Shown here in pieces: positions 53,834 to 63,971 of a stretch of DNA of 64,000 nucleotides. How positions within the stretch are numbered: the stretch's first letter is position 1; each line of letters starts with the position of its first letter. This DNA comes from an uncultured virus (IMG/VR IMGVR_UViG_3300032002_000001). Its lineage: Duplodnaviria; Heunggongvirae; Uroviricota; Caudoviricetes. The notes below the pieces were generated by a model. That model saw only the letters and a list, made by a program, of their open reading frames with translations. It made no database searches and had not been told where the DNA came from. Position numbers and translations under genes: made by a program. Location of the stretch: IMG/VR virus record IMGVR_UViG_3300032002_000001; one strand, given 5' to 3'.

Positions 53834-54285
53834 ACCCGCTCCCGTGCCACGTCCGGGTAGCGAGGCACCTGAAAGCTGACCAGATGCATCTGGTTATGCG
53901 TCCAGACCTGTCCCCGCGAGGACGTGACATCGGCTAGCTGGCAGCGCCAGTACTCCCGGTACTCGTTGAAGGTCCACCGGATCCGGTAGTCGAACTGTTC
54001 AAACAATTCCAGCAGAGTCCAGTAGTTGTCGGCCAGATCTGTCTGATCCTGCCCGTAGACCCAGATCGAGACTTGCTCACCCACCATGTCCGGGACTGCG
54101 TGGATCAGGTAGTTCCCACCCAACACTGGTGACTCAGCCACCGTCTTCCGCCAGGACTTCGACGTGGAGTCCCGGGTCCCCTCAGCAGACAACTGGTAGG
54201 TGATCCCATCGTTCAGGTTGACCCACTGCGAACCCCAGGAGATCTCCGCTGTCATGTACTCCAACATGGAGTCAGACACGGGCAC
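53830..54285 (-). CDS. Distal-tail-like minor tail protein
   Basis: Immediately downstream of TMP. Confidence 0.6.
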   Translation of the reverse strand: MPVSDSMLEYMTAEISWGSQWVNLNDGITYQLSAEGTRDSTSKSWRKTVAESPVLGGNYLIHAVPDMVGEQVSIWVYGQDQTDLADNYWTLLELFEQFDYRIRWTFNEYREYWRCQLADVTSSRGQVWTHNQMHLVSFQVPRYPDVARERV

Positions 54286-57200
54286 CTCCTATCGCTGCCT
54301 GCGACAGAGCCGCTGTCCGCTGCCGAGCCCTCAGCTGGTGGATCAGCTCACCTGGGTTGTTCGCCTGCACCGTGATCGCACCGGTGAAGGTGGTCGACCT
54401 GTCGATCTGGTAGTTATGGATGGTATTCGCCAGAACCGGGGTAGAACCAGTGAGCCCTACAGCCTTTCCTTGTGCCCCGACCTTGGTCTTCTGCATGATG
54501 TCGTAGATGAAGTCTGCACCCCGCTCGTTCAGCGGGATGACCGCCTCAGGACCCTTCTCTCCGACTCCGATGGTCTGAGGACTATCGAACAGAGCGCCAT
54601 CGCCATACCAGTGCGGAGACCGGCTAGCCCACTGCCGATACGCGTTACGTGGGTCCCCGTAGTTTTCCTTGATGTAGCGCATCATGTAGACCGACTGCAG
54701 CCAGGGGTCTGAAGTCTTGTGCCCACCTACGGTGGCCCAGGTGGAGTCCAGGAACTGACCCATACCGTAGGCAGTAGAGGTGGGGTTCTGAGCGTGGTTG
54801 TCGAACCCGGCTTCACCCATTTCCAGCTTGTACAGGGCGTTCCACTGGTTCCAGCCGAACTGCTTCATGGCCTTGTGCATCAGTTCCTGGTTGGATCCAT
54901 CTGCTGGAGAAGGCGGGATTCCTTGGTGATCACTACCTGCTGCGCCCCTCGGGGCCATCTGGTTGTAGGCCTTCCTCGCCCAGCGGTTCATCCGCTTGCT
55001 CCACCAGCCCTCCGGGAAACCTCCACCCAGGGTGACCTTCGCGGCAGCCGCTTCCAGATCTGGGTAACGATCCTTCAGGATCGAGGAGAGCTGACGCCGT
55101 GGTGAGACACTCACTCCGCCGCCAGTCTGGATCGGGCCAGTCCCACCCATGATCTCGAAGTGCAGGTGCGGACCAGAGGTGCGACCGATGTCACCGACGT
55201 TACCGATCACCTCACCCCGCTTCACCTCATCACCCACGTCTACTCGTGCGCGTGACAGGTGGGCGTAGAGAGTCTGCTCGTTGCTGTCAGGGTGGTTGAT
55301 CTTGATGTAGCGGCCGTAGGACTGATCACCCATGTAGACCACTGCAGCCACGGTTCCCGGCTTGTAGGCCCGGACGGGGTTTCCGTAGTCCCCAGAGCCA
55401 GGGATGTTGATGTCACCAGCCCAGCGAGTCCAGTCATAGTCCGCGTGCGAGTGGGCACTCCACTCACCCAGAGCCGGGATACCACCGCTGGCGAAGGAGA
55501 CCGGTCCAGTCCGAGACCGGGCCTTGGTGTTCATCCGCGCTACTGCAGCAGGACCACCCACGGCCTGCACCCACTCCGGCACCATGATCGCCTCACCACC
55601 AGAGAGGTGGAGGTCACCGGCAGTTGCTGAGTGGAACTGATGTACATCCTTGCCAGGGGTGTAACCAGGGAGCACACCACCAGCAGCGACGCCACCCACG
55701 GCACCCTTGCCGGTGTCATTTTCCACTCCGTTCCCAGGCCGTATATCCCCAGGCTTGCGAGGTCCCTTGACCTTGACCGGCTTGAAGTCGAAGCCGAAGA
55801 TCTCGCTCATCACCTCCATGAGCGAGTTACCTTCCATACCCGCTTCACGGCGCAGGTCGCGCAGTGCTTCGAGCACAATGCCAGCCTGATCAGCGGCATT
55901 CCCGCCCAACTCGTTGGTGGCCTTGCGGAGCATCTTCGTCAGAGAGCCAGTGATCTCCTCAGCAGAACGCTCCAGATCCTCAGCAGCCCTTCTCTGCGAC
56001 TTGTGGAAGTCATCGGTCATCTGGTCCACGGCGATGCCGTAGTCCTCGGCACCGCGCTTCATGGACTTGGAGAAGTCCTGCTGTTGCCGCTTCTGAGCCT
56101 TCTCGTAGTCCTCAGCCTGCCGGTTCATCGACCGCTGAAAATCTTCCTCCATCCGATCCATCTGTCGCTGGAAGTCCTTGTGACCACGCTGCACAGAGCG
56201 TTCGAAGTCGTTGGCAGCCCTACGACGAGAGATCCGGTACTGACGCTGGAACTCTTCCCAGTCAGATGAGGACTCGTCTGTAACTAGCTCCCGAGCTGCC
56301 TTCAGACGTTGCCTGATCTGCTTGTTGAACTGCTTGACCAGGTTCGGGTTGTCCGCGAGCTCCGCGACGAACCTCTCCAGCTGTTGAGAGTTAGCAGTGT
56401 CGGTCAGCCCCATCTGCTGGATCACGTCGTCGCTGACGCCCATCTGGCGCAGTTCATCCAGGTTCTGGGACTGCTCCCGCATCTTCTGGAGCTGATCGCC
56501 TGCGTTGTAGAGCAGGTAGGTAGCGGAGTTGGTGCTCTCCACCTTCACTCGGTCGTAGATGCTGTACAACTGCTTCGCAGCCTGCTCAGCCATGAGCACG
56601 ACCTGATGGTTGTGATCCTGCTCCTGACGCCTCCGGTTCCGGTTGAAGTCAGCCTGTGACCTACGCACAGACCGGAAGTAGTCATCGCTGCCGCGCTCCC
56701 GCTGGAGGTTGTAGTCGAACTCAGCCCGCTCCCGACCCAGCTGGTAGTCCTGCTCCTGACGTACTCGGGAGAGGTGGAAGTCGTCCTGTTGACGCTGCCG
56801 ACCCAGGTGGTACTGCTCATCCATCCGGTCGCGCTGCAGGTTGAAGTCTTCTAGCCCCCGCGCCATGGAGATATCGAACTCTCGCTGCTGGTAGAGCAGT
56901 TGCTGGAAGTACTGGTATTGCTCGGTAACGCTCTGGACGAAGGTGTCCCTGGTCTGTTCGAACTGCTCAGCCTGCTCGTCCGTCCTCGGCTTCACGCCCA
57001 TGATCGCGCCCATAGCGCCGATCTGAGCCTTGAACCCAGCAGTCCTGGTCTGGTAGGGCTGGTTGAACTGGATCATGGCCTGCGCCCGACCCGAGAGAGC
57101 AGTCTGCAGCTCGTACTCCCGAGAGTTGGGGTCCCCGAGTATCTGCTGTGTCTTCTCAGAGGACTTGATGATCTCTTGGTACGACAGCCCCTTATCCCTC

Positions 57201-60145
57201 AGCTCTGCGAGCATGGTGTTGGTGGCGTCGTAGAAGGCTCCAACGTCCTCCTGGTACCGGATTGCCTTCTGGGCTTCGGAGGAGTTCATCATCACTCCAC
57301 CAGCGGCAGTCCTCCGGACTCGCTCCTCAACCCCAGGACGCTGACCGGGATCGACTACCCGCATCAGCAGCGACATGTACTCCGCGTCCTGCGGGCCACC
57401 CATCAAGTTGCGCTCTTTGACCAGGTCCTCGAAGTCGAGACTGGCTGCGGTGAGTTTGGCGGCACCTTCAGTTGCCATCCACTGCTCTAGCTGCGCATCC
57501 CGCTGCTCAGTGGTTCCCTTGAACTTAACTCCGGATTCCCGAGCAATGTCTCTGGCTACACCCCTAGCCAGCTTTGCGTTCACATCTTCGATGAGCCACT
57601 CACCCGTCAGTTCCTGTTCGCTGGGACCGATACCTACGGTGGCCCCGACAGAGGTGAGGAACTTACTGGGATCGGTAATCAGGTGGTGTGGCCTAGCAGT
57701 TTCTACATCCTCCTTGTACTCCTGAAGACGCTTCAGGTCAGCGTCTGCAGCCTTCTGGTACTCCATAAACCCAGTACCAGACTCCATGACCTGCTGGCCG
57801 ATTTCCCGGGTGGCCTCGATGCTTTCCGCGATATCCCCAGGAGCCTTCTTCATGTCCAGGAAGGCACCAATCCCAGCACCAGCCGCAGCGGCAGTAGGAC
57901 CGAACATCATGCCCATGGCACCGAGCTGAGCCATGTTGCTCTCTACGCCCGTGGCACCCATGACGGCCATACCCATGGCCCCGGTGGTCATCATCGCCAT
58001 ACGGCGGTTCTGCATGGCAGCAGCGGCCATATCTGGGGTAGCCCCAGCTCCAGCCCGGAGACCACCAAAGGTCGCTCCGGCCATCGCCCCCAAGGTCTGT
58101 CGGAATCCCTGTGTCAGCCCAGCCATACCCTTGCGAGCACCATCAGAGGCGGTAGCCAGTCGCTGGTGAGTATCGATGATCTTCGCAGCGGCCCGTTCCT
58201 GCTGTGTGGCAGCGGTGAGCTTCTGTTGGGTCTCTGCCCGAGTGGCACGGAGACCATCCAGCTTGGTCTGACGCTCTTGGGTAGTCATCCACGGGTCAGA
58301 GTGAACTGCTCGAATCTGAGCACGTGTGTCTTCCATCCGGGTGCTGTATTTGCCGACATCACCCATTGCCCGAGACAGGTTCGCTCGATCCTTAGCCCGC
58401 ATCCAGGGAGCAGTCTGCTGCATCCAGGTAGAGCGATCAGTAGGATCGGCGTACCGCATCTGGTCGTACTGAGGCACCAACAGTTGCCGCATACCCGCGC
58501 CCATTGCCCCAGCGGCATAAGACAAAGGAGCGAGCGGTAAACCGCCTCTAGCCTGCCAGTCCCGTACAAATCGGTTAGGCCGCCAGTTCGGATCACGATT
58601 CAGTCGTTCCTGGATGTAGCGATCCCTCAGATTGGAATACATCGACCCCGGAGCCGCACCAGCGTTGTAGAGACCTCGCTGGACCCAGGTACCACCCTGA
58701 GCGATCTGTTGTCCGTGCTTGCCTGCGCCCGTAGCCATGTAGGTGCCATCGGGTTGTCGGACGATTGGACCCCCAGCACCCCTCATGGCTTCACGGAACC
58801 CGTAGGCACCTGAGTTCCGGAACAGAGTGAAGGCACCAGCCATCTTCAGGAGCGCACCGGCGAACAACAGCATCGCTCCGGCACCACCAGCAAGCGGGGC
58901 GAGGATACCTGCGATCAGCTGGGCGAACTCTCCGAAGGGTCCCTGCACGATCTTGCGCATGGTCGAGGCCATCTTCTCCGCGCCAGACATGAAGCCTGTC
59001 GCGGCTGGACCCCACAGTGTGGCCATGGACTCCGCAGTCATCTTCATCTCTTCGCGGAGCTTCTCGAACTCGTCAGAGAGACCCTCCATCGCCTTTTCAG
59101 CGCCACGGTGGGCAGACCCCTTGGCCTGATCGCTCTCGGCCATCCCGAGGGCTTCCCGGATCCCTCCCGCCTGGTTGACCACAGCAGTGATCGAGCGCAT
59201 CGACCGGGTGCCGTCCAGACCCAGACGGTTCAGTTCAGTAGCCGCACGCGGTCCCATCGCCTGCAGGGCTTCGAGGATCTGGACGACCTTCTCGCCGCCC
59301 TCCATCTTCTTGAACTGGTTCTGCGTGACGCCCACCAGGTTGGCGAACTTAGCTACCTCTGGTGACCCCGACTGCATCGAGTAGGAGATGTCGTTGACGA
59401 CCTTGTTGAAGACGTTGGCAGCCTGGAAACCGTCCTCGCCCGCACGAGAGAAAGCGGTAGCGAAGCCAGCCAGTTCAGTCTGGGTGATTCCGATCTGGCG
59501 ACCAATCGGGGCCAGTTGTTTGGTGAACTCGATCAGCTGCTGAGCGGATCCGCCAGTCTGAGCTGAGAGATAGGTGAACTGATCTGCATACCTTCTGGTG
59601 TTCCGGGCGTTGACATCGGTGCCCATCACCTTCTGCAGACTGATCAGCGAGGTAGCCAGACCATCTGAGTTCTCGCCGGTGGCCTTAGACATCTCCACGA
59701 AGACCTTGGAGAGATCACCCAACTCCCGCGTCTGCCGCAGAGAGGTCATCTTTGCCAGGGTCTGAGTGAGCTTGGCAGCCTCAGTAGTGGTGGTACCGAA
59801 CTCCTGACGGACTCCAGCCACCGACTTCTCGTACTGCTTGAAGACCGTCTGCTGCTGAGTCTGAGACCGGGTGAGGATCGCAGCCTGAGCGTTTAGCTGA
59901 GACACCTGCTTTTCGTACGAAGCCCAGGCAGCAGTAGCCCCAGTGATCATGGCGATGTCTGCAGCCGCGATCCCGATCAGGCCCTTACCGGCCGTCTTGG
60001 TGAGCCCCTTAACCTTCTGAGTCAGGGTGTCGATTGACTTCCCGAGTTGGTCCGTGCTTCCGGCCGAGGCCATCATCGCCTGGTCGTACTGGCTGTTGTC
60101 TGCTGTCAGTACGACGTTCGGGTTGATGCTTTCTTCCGCTGCCAT
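54272..60145 (-). CDS. Tape measure protein with M23 peptidase and SLT-type transglycosylase domains
   Basis: 1957 aa, Ala/Gly helical core; YAHLS...TSGPHLHFE; GEAGFDNHAQNPTSTAYGMGQFL. Confidence 0.93.
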   Translation of the reverse strand: MAAEESINPNVVLTADNSQYDQAMMASAGSTDQLGKSIDTLTQKVKGLTKTAGKGLIGIAAADIAMITGATAAWASYEKQVSQLNAQAAILTRSQTQQQTVFKQYEKSVAGVRQEFGTTTTEAAKLTQTLAKMTSLRQTRELGDLSKVFVEMSKATGENSDGLATSLISLQKVMGTDVNARNTRRYADQFTYLSAQTGGSAQQLIEFTKQLAPIGRQIGITQTELAGFATAFSRAGEDGFQAANVFNKVVNDISYSMQSGSPEVAKFANLVGVTQNQFKKMEGGEKVVQILEALQAMGPRAATELNRLGLDGTRSMRSITAVVNQAGGIREALGMAESDQAKGSAHRGAEKAMEGLSDEFEKLREEMKMTAESMATLWGPAATGFMSGAEKMASTMRKIVQGPFGEFAQLIAGILAPLAGGAGAMLLFAGALLKMAGAFTLFRNSGAYGFREAMRGAGGPIVRQPDGTYMATGAGKHGQQIAQGGTWVQRGLYNAGAAPGSMYSNLRDRYIQERLNRDPNWRPNRFVRDWQARGGLPLAPLSYAAGAMGAGMRQLLVPQYDQMRYADPTDRSTWMQQTAPWMRAKDRANLSRAMGDVGKYSTRMEDTRAQIRAVHSDPWMTTQERQTKLDGLRATRAETQQKLTAATQQERAAAKIIDTHQRLATASDGARKGMAGLTQGFRQTLGAMAGATFGGLRAGAGATPDMAAAAMQNRRMAMMTTGAMGMAVMGATGVESNMAQLGAMGMMFGPTAAAAGAGIGAFLDMKKAPGDIAESIEATREIGQQVMESGTGFMEYQKAADADLKRLQEYKEDVETARPHHLITDPSKFLTSVGATVGIGPSEQELTGEWLIEDVNAKLARGVARDIARESGVKFKGTTEQRDAQLEQWMATEGAAKLTAASLDFEDLVKERNLMGGPQDAEYMSLLMRVVDPGQRPGVEERVRRTAAGGVMMNSSEAQKAIRYQEDVGAFYDATNTMLAELRDKGLSYQEIIKSSEKTQQILGDPNSREYELQTALSGRAQAMIQFNQPYQTRTAGFKAQIGAMGAIMGVKPRTDEQAEQFEQTRDTFVQSVTEQYQYFQQLLYQQREFDISMARGLEDFNLQRDRMDEQYHLGRQRQQDDFHLSRVRQEQDYQLGRERAEFDYNLQRERGSDDYFRSVRRSQADFNRNRRRQEQDHNHQVVLMAEQAAKQLYSIYDRVKVESTNSATYLLYNAGDQLQKMREQSQNLDELRQMGVSDDVIQQMGLTDTANSQQLERFVAELADNPNLVKQFNKQIRQRLKAARELVTDESSSDWEEFQRQYRISRRRAANDFERSVQRGHKDFQRQMDRMEEDFQRSMNRQAEDYEKAQKRQQQDFSKSMKRGAEDYGIAVDQMTDDFHKSQRRAAEDLERSAEEITGSLTKMLRKATNELGGNAADQAGIVLEALRDLRREAGMEGNSLMEVMSEIFGFDFKPVKVKGPRKPGDIRPGNGVENDTGKGAVGGVAAGGVLPGYTPGKDVHQFHSATAGDLHLSGGEAIMVPEWVQAVGGPAAVARMNTKARSRTGPVSFASGGIPALGEWSAHSHADYDWTRWAGDINIPGSGDYGNPVRAYKPGTVAAVVYMGDQSYGRYIKINHPDSNEQTLYAHLSRARVDVGDEVKRGEVIGNVGDIGRTSGPHLHFEIMGGTGPIQTGGGVSVSPRRQLSSILKDRYPDLEAAAAKVTLGGGFPEGWWSKRMNRWARKAYNQMAPRGAAGSDHQGIPPSPADGSNQELMHKAMKQFGWNQWNALYKLEMGEAGFDNHAQNPTSTAYGMGQFLDSTWATVGGHKTSDPWLQSVYMMRYIKENYGDPRNAYRQWASRSPHWYGDGALFDSPQTIGVGEKGPEAVIPLNERGADFIYDIMQKTKVGAQGKAVGLTGSTPVLANTIHNYQIDRSTTFTGAITVQANNPGELIHQLRARQRTAALSQAAIGGARV

Positions 60146-60527
60146 CGGTCTCCTTGGACCTCATCATCCGCTCACGCTTCCGAGCTGTCACGTACATCTT
60201 CGCTTTGAGCTGCGGTGTTGTCGGTGTGAGACGAATGTTAGTCCCTGGGAGACCTTTACTCTGAGTGTCCTGGTAGACGCTCTTCTGGTAGCACCCCTGA
60301 CAGAAGTCCTCGACAGCCGTATAGGCGAAGCGATTCGCTGCCCATTCCCAGCCAGCGGTACCGCACTGATCGCACCGTTCCGCCTTCTCTAGAGCGAAGG
60401 CAACTGTCTTCGCCCGGTCTTCTGCATCCCAGCTAAGGTACTCCGAGTGGGGAAGGCCCTTTTCGTAGCAGTAGGCCATCTCCAGGTTGAAGTTCGGGTC
60501 TACCCTTAGCCGTTCTCGCTGAAAGGG
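60009..60527 (-). CDS. Tail assembly chaperone, -1 frameshift extension
   Basis: The -1 frame from C CCT TTC reads FQRERLRVDPNFNLE directly into MAYCYEKG... Confidence 0.75.
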   Translation of the reverse strand, partial: PFQRERLRVDPNFNLEMAYCYEKGLPHSEYLSWDAEDRAKTVAFALEKAERCDQCGTAGWEWAANRFAYTAVEDFCQGCYQKSVYQDTQSKGLPGTNIRLTPTTPQLKAKMYVTARKRERMMRSKETDGSGRKHQPERRTDSRQQPVRPGDDGLGRKHGPTREVNRHPDSEG

Positions 60528-60940
60528 ATGTCGAGACCCCTGTTGTTCAGCTCTACTGCGTTCCGGAACAGCACCATGAGGTCACCCCGAGACCAGGCAG
60601 GTGATCCCCAGATGTCCTGTGCATCCTTCAGGGACATCTCAGGTTCCACACAGACCGCAGCGATCAGAGCCGGAGCGAAGGAGTCCATGTCGAACGACGC
60701 GCCTTCTGCTCGCTGGTCTGGCTTCGGGGGGTGCTTGGAGACGAGCTTGTCGTACTCCCGCATCCCGATTGCCTGGTACTTCAGGGTGACCTCATGCTTA
60801 CGACCTTCGTCGTCAGTGAGGTACAGCGAAAACTCCAAGGTTGAGCGACTCTTCGACTTCATCAGGTCGAGGAGGTCAGCCTTGGAGCTCTCGCTCTGCT
60901 TCTGGCGCGCAGTACGCACCTTGGCATCCGTGCCGGTCAT
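60506..60940 (-). CDS. Tail assembly chaperone
   Basis: Between major tail gene and TMP; HPP...F.PALIAA...W..G....LF. Confidence 0.85.
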   Translation of the reverse strand: MTGTDAKVRTARQKQSESSKADLLDLMKSKSRSTLEFSLYLTDDEGRKHEVTLKYQAIGMREYDKLVSKHPPKPDQRAEGASFDMDSFAPALIAAVCVEPEMSLKDAQDIWGSPAWSRGDLMVLFRNAVELNNRGLDIPFSENG

Positions 60941-60981
60941 GGGTCTCCTTGGGCGGTAGGAGGTTTGTATTGAGTTAGATA

Positions 60982-61464
60982 CTACGCGGCGACCGTGGCA
61001 GCCTCAGCAGGCTCCACGTTAACCGAGCAGCTCACCGTGAACGTCAGCACGGTGTTGGAGCTCATGTTCGCCATCGTGCGCGAGGTGATCATCACCGGCC
61101 AGACTTCCACCTTGTCAGTGGCTACCGGCAGGTTCTCAGCACCCGTTCCACCGAACCGACTGATGATGAAGAACCCACGGGTACCACGCGGGAGCGTCTC
61201 CCAGGCCTCGTCATCCTCGTCGTCACGGTAGAAGTCGGCGTCGAAGGTCGCAGCCGAGGTACCAGCGGTGCTGGTCTCGAACAGCGAGTCGAACGACGGG
61301 GTGGGCACGGTGTTACCGCGCGAGCTAGCGTTCAGGGAGATCACGTAGGGCGTAAGATCAACAGCGGCGGCAATCTGAGCCGCAGTAGGCGAGTTGATGT
61401 TGGTGATCGACCCGGACGCTGCGAAGCCCACCCAGGTGTTCTCGTTAGGGATGATCCGGGCCAT
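60982..61464 (-). CDS. Major tail protein
   Basis: PTAAQI..AVDLT, G.RGFFIISRFG, KVEVWPV; position. Confidence 0.85.
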   Translation of the reverse strand: MARIIPNENTWVGFAASGSITNINSPTAAQIAAAVDLTPYVISLNASSRGNTVPTPSFDSLFETSTAGTSAATFDADFYRDDEDDEAWETLPRGTRGFFIISRFGGTGAENLPVATDKVEVWPVMITSRTMANMSSNTVLTFTVSCSVNVEPAEAATVAA

Positions 61465-61467
61465 TGC

Positions 61468-61689
61468 TTACTCCTTGTCCGGGTTCTCAGCGGCAGTCTT
61501 GCGTGCCTTGGGCTGAGGATGAGCTGACGGCTGAACCTCAGGCTCGTTCTGACCGGGCTCTTCCTCGTTACTTCCATCATCTACAACCGTCCAGCCACGG
61601 CCCTCCCAGACCCCAACGCTCTCCGGGAGAACCTCGGTGTCGGCGTCCAGCTCATCGTTGTGGAGCTTCACGTACTTCTGCTTGGGCAT
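61468..61689 (-). CDS. Small conserved virion-operon protein
   Basis: H..L...EV..SV..W..RGW. Confidence 0.6.
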   Translation of the reverse strand: MPKQKYVKLHNDELDADTEVLPESVGVWEGRGWTVVDDGSNEEEPGQNEPEVQPSAHPQPKARKTAAENPDKE

Positions 61690-61690
61690 C

Positions 61691-62158
61691 TCATCTCTCC
61701 TTGCTTACCCAGACTTCGAATGTGTCGTTCTGCGTGAAGTAGTCCGGATACGCAGAACCGATCTTGTTAGTGCTACCGATCCCAGTGCAGGAGATCTTCT
61801 GGATCCTCCAGTTCCCAGTATCAGATGTCACGCTTTCTCTCTCGATGTTGCACAGACCATGCCGCACTCGGTCTGCCAGAGCCTCAGTTTGCCTCCGGGA
61901 CACTCCTGCGTAGAACACCCCGTACGGCAACCTCCACTCAGTTCCAGTATCCCCAAGCGCGCCTTCCACTCGCTGGGGCATTGCAGCTAGGGGAGAGATG
62001 GTCATCCAGGGGGTGAAGGTAGAAGCGGTGTCGTTCGGCTGCCCTGACCAGCCGTAGGGGACACTCGGAGTGGTGTTATCCCCGACCGGGAAGTTCTCCT
62101 CGTTCATCTCCGCGATCAGTCGGGTGGTGATCGGGCCACGAGAGACCGAGGACTTCAC
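61691..62158 (-). CDS. Tail terminator
   Basis: Position; G.SR.Q.E.LADRVR. Confidence 0.7.
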   Translation of the reverse strand: MKSSVSRGPITTRLIAEMNEENFPVGDNTTPSVPYGWSGQPNDTASTFTPWMTISPLAAMPQRVEGALGDTGTEWRLPYGVFYAGVSRRQTEALADRVRHGLCNIERESVTSDTGNWRIQKISCTGIGSTNKIGSAYPDYFTQNDTFEVWVSKER

Positions 62159-62601
62159 GAGGCCTCCTCGGTCAACACTTGGATGTTGGCCTCAGCTACA
62201 GCAGGACCCAGGCTCTCCTTCCAGGCCTCGAAGGCAGGACGGACGAAGGGACGGGCCTTGGTACCGGGGTGGTTCACCTTCTGCACAACCACCATGTTCC
62301 CGCCTACCTTGAACGCCAGTGCCTTCTTGTTCTTGGCTCGGATCTCGTGCGCCCTGGTCCCGAACTCCACGTAGGGCGCGTGCTTCGCAGTCGGCCCGAC
62401 GATCACCCGGTTGGGCTCCACCCGGACCCCGAGGGACTCCCTCAGCTCGCCGGTCTTCACCGGTACCCGGATCTCCATCTCGGTAAGCAGGAAGTTGGCA
62501 CTCTCCACCATCACCTGCTGGGTGGTCACCTCTGAGCGCTTAGCCGTCATCCGGAGAGCTTCGGCCAGCTTGGAGATGTCAGCGCTGGCTACCTGGGTCA
62601 T
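62155..62601 (-). CDS. HK97 gp10-family neck protein
   Basis: PVKTGELRES, APYVEFGT, HPGTKARPFVRPA. Confidence 0.88.
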   Translation of the reverse strand: MTQVASADISKLAEALRMTAKRSEVTTQQVMVESANFLLTEMEIRVPVKTGELRESLGVRVEPNRVIVGPTAKHAPYVEFGTRAHEIRAKNKKALAFKVGGNMVVVQKVNHPGTKARPFVRPAFEAWKESLGPAVAEANIQVLTEEAS

Positions 62602-62879
62602 CGCTCCAACTCCTTGGGGTTAACCGGGACCAGAGCGCTGCCAGTCTTCTTCTGCTTGCTGTGCTTGAACGCCCGGATCGCATTTGGGGTGTCGAACCTA
62701 GAGTCAGCCACCCGCGAGAGCTGGCCCACCCGCTTTTTGGCGTACGGGTTCTTCGCGCCGCCAGCAAAGATCTGCGCACCCTTCCCGGAATGGATGCCAG
62801 CTCTCATGATCTGTGCATCTCGCTGGGTGAGGTGGATGCCCTTGGAGATGGTGTGCTCAACACCGAACGCGCTTATCAT
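62598..62879 (-). CDS. Basic protein with SAFGVEH N-terminal tag
   Basis: MISAFGVEHTISKG...; ATGA coupling on both sides. Confidence 0.6.
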   Translation of the reverse strand: MISAFGVEHTISKGIHLTQRDAQIMRAGIHSGKGAQIFAGGAKNPYAKKRVGQLSRVADSRFDTPNAIRAFKHSKQKKTGSALVPVNPKELER

Positions 62880-63289
62880 CCGATCCCCGTTACCGAGTAA
62901 CGACGGGTGGCCCGGAGCTCACCAGCCTTGGCTGAGGACTGGACCTGGAACCGTTTCCCCACCATCTGCTCATCAGTGTCGGCTGCGGTGATCACGATCT
63001 CGTCGTTCTTCTTCAACAGCGGGGAGTCCCAGGGCAGGGAGATCTGGGTGGTAGAGATGTCCAGTTCAGCGTCAGTGTCCCCAAGTCCGACCACATTGGC
63101 TCCGGAGATCTCCCAGACCCGGCAGACGCCCTCGTAGAGCACCTCACGGGAGCCTGGGGTGTAGACCAGAGTGTCGTCGTCGTGCCCACCCTGAGTGATC
63201 CGTTCCGCCCTGCAGGTATAGCCCATCATCACCCCAGCAGCCCTGCTCCGGACGTACTGGAGAGCGTACGAGGTGATGTAGGTGGTCAC
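62876..63289 (-). CDS. Head-to-tail stopper (DUF6093-like)
   Basis: LYEG.CRV, QISLP, D..L/M.G..F.V, TRR. Confidence 0.75.
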   Translation of the reverse strand: MTTYITSYALQYVRSRAAGVMMGYTCRAERITQGGHDDDTLVYTPGSREVLYEGVCRVWEISGANVVGLGDTDAELDISTTQISLPWDSPLLKKNDEIVITAADTDEQMVGKRFQVQSSAKAGELRATRRYSVTGIG

Positions 63290-63498
63290 TAGGCGATGAT
63301 CCCGGCAGCCCGCAGCGAGGCCAGCAGCTCGTTCACCTTGGTCGCAGTAGTAGCCGCAGTAGCGCTACCAGGAGTAGGGATGTCAGCCACCGCAGCACCC
63401 TTACCCAGCGGAGCGCTGCTGTCACTCAGAGCCAGGGCGATCTTGTAGGGGACCTCCAGGCTGATCAACTTGTCGAACTTCGCCTTGTCGTATGCCAT
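63289..63498 (-). CDS. Small head fibre/decoration-like protein
   Basis: AAVAD...KVNELLASLRAAGII. Confidence 0.6.
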   Translation of the reverse strand: MAYDKAKFDKLISLEVPYKIALALSDSSAPLGKGAAVADIPTPGSATAATTATKVNELLASLRAAGIIA

Positions 63499-63971
63499 CA
63501 GGTACCAGGCTCCTCGTAGGGGTTGTAGGAATAGAAGTCTCTCGACCCGTACTCCTGGCGTCCAGCTGCTAGATCATCGTGCATCCCCGTACCGAAGTTG
63601 AACGGAGCGATGTTCGGGTCCTGCTCCTCGTAGGGGGTGATGCCGCCCACATCAGGAAATCCCCCTACGAGGAGACTCTTGTGCTGCTGACGCAGGCTGG
63701 CAGCTAGTTCGCGGAACTGCTGTGCGACTACACCCAGACCGATGTTCACTCCATCGGCAGAGATCGACGCTTCCCGTGCGTAACGCGCAGCAAGTACTTC
63801 TGCACAGGCAGCGGCGACATACTCCACACTGCCCAGGCGATCCTTCCACTTCGAGAGCATGAAGTTGATCTCCTCGTCCTGCATGAAGGGTTCTGAGGAG
63901 TTCGTGTCCTGCAGCAAGAACCTGACCTGGTCCTTGTCTGAGGTGGTGGGATCGGCGTAGTTGAAGCTCAC
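63498..63971 (-). CDS. Head-to-tail adaptor
   Basis: DQVRFLLQDT.....QDEEI.F.L...AA..CE.LAARYAR. Confidence 0.8.
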   Translation of the reverse strand: MSFNYADPTTSDKDQVRFLLQDTNSSEPFMQDEEINFMLSKWKDRLGSVEYVAAACAEVLAARYAREASISADGVNIGLGVVAQQFRELAASLRQQHKSLLVGGFPDVGGITPYEEQDPNIAPFNFGTGMHDDLAAGRQEYGSRDFYSYNPYEEPGT

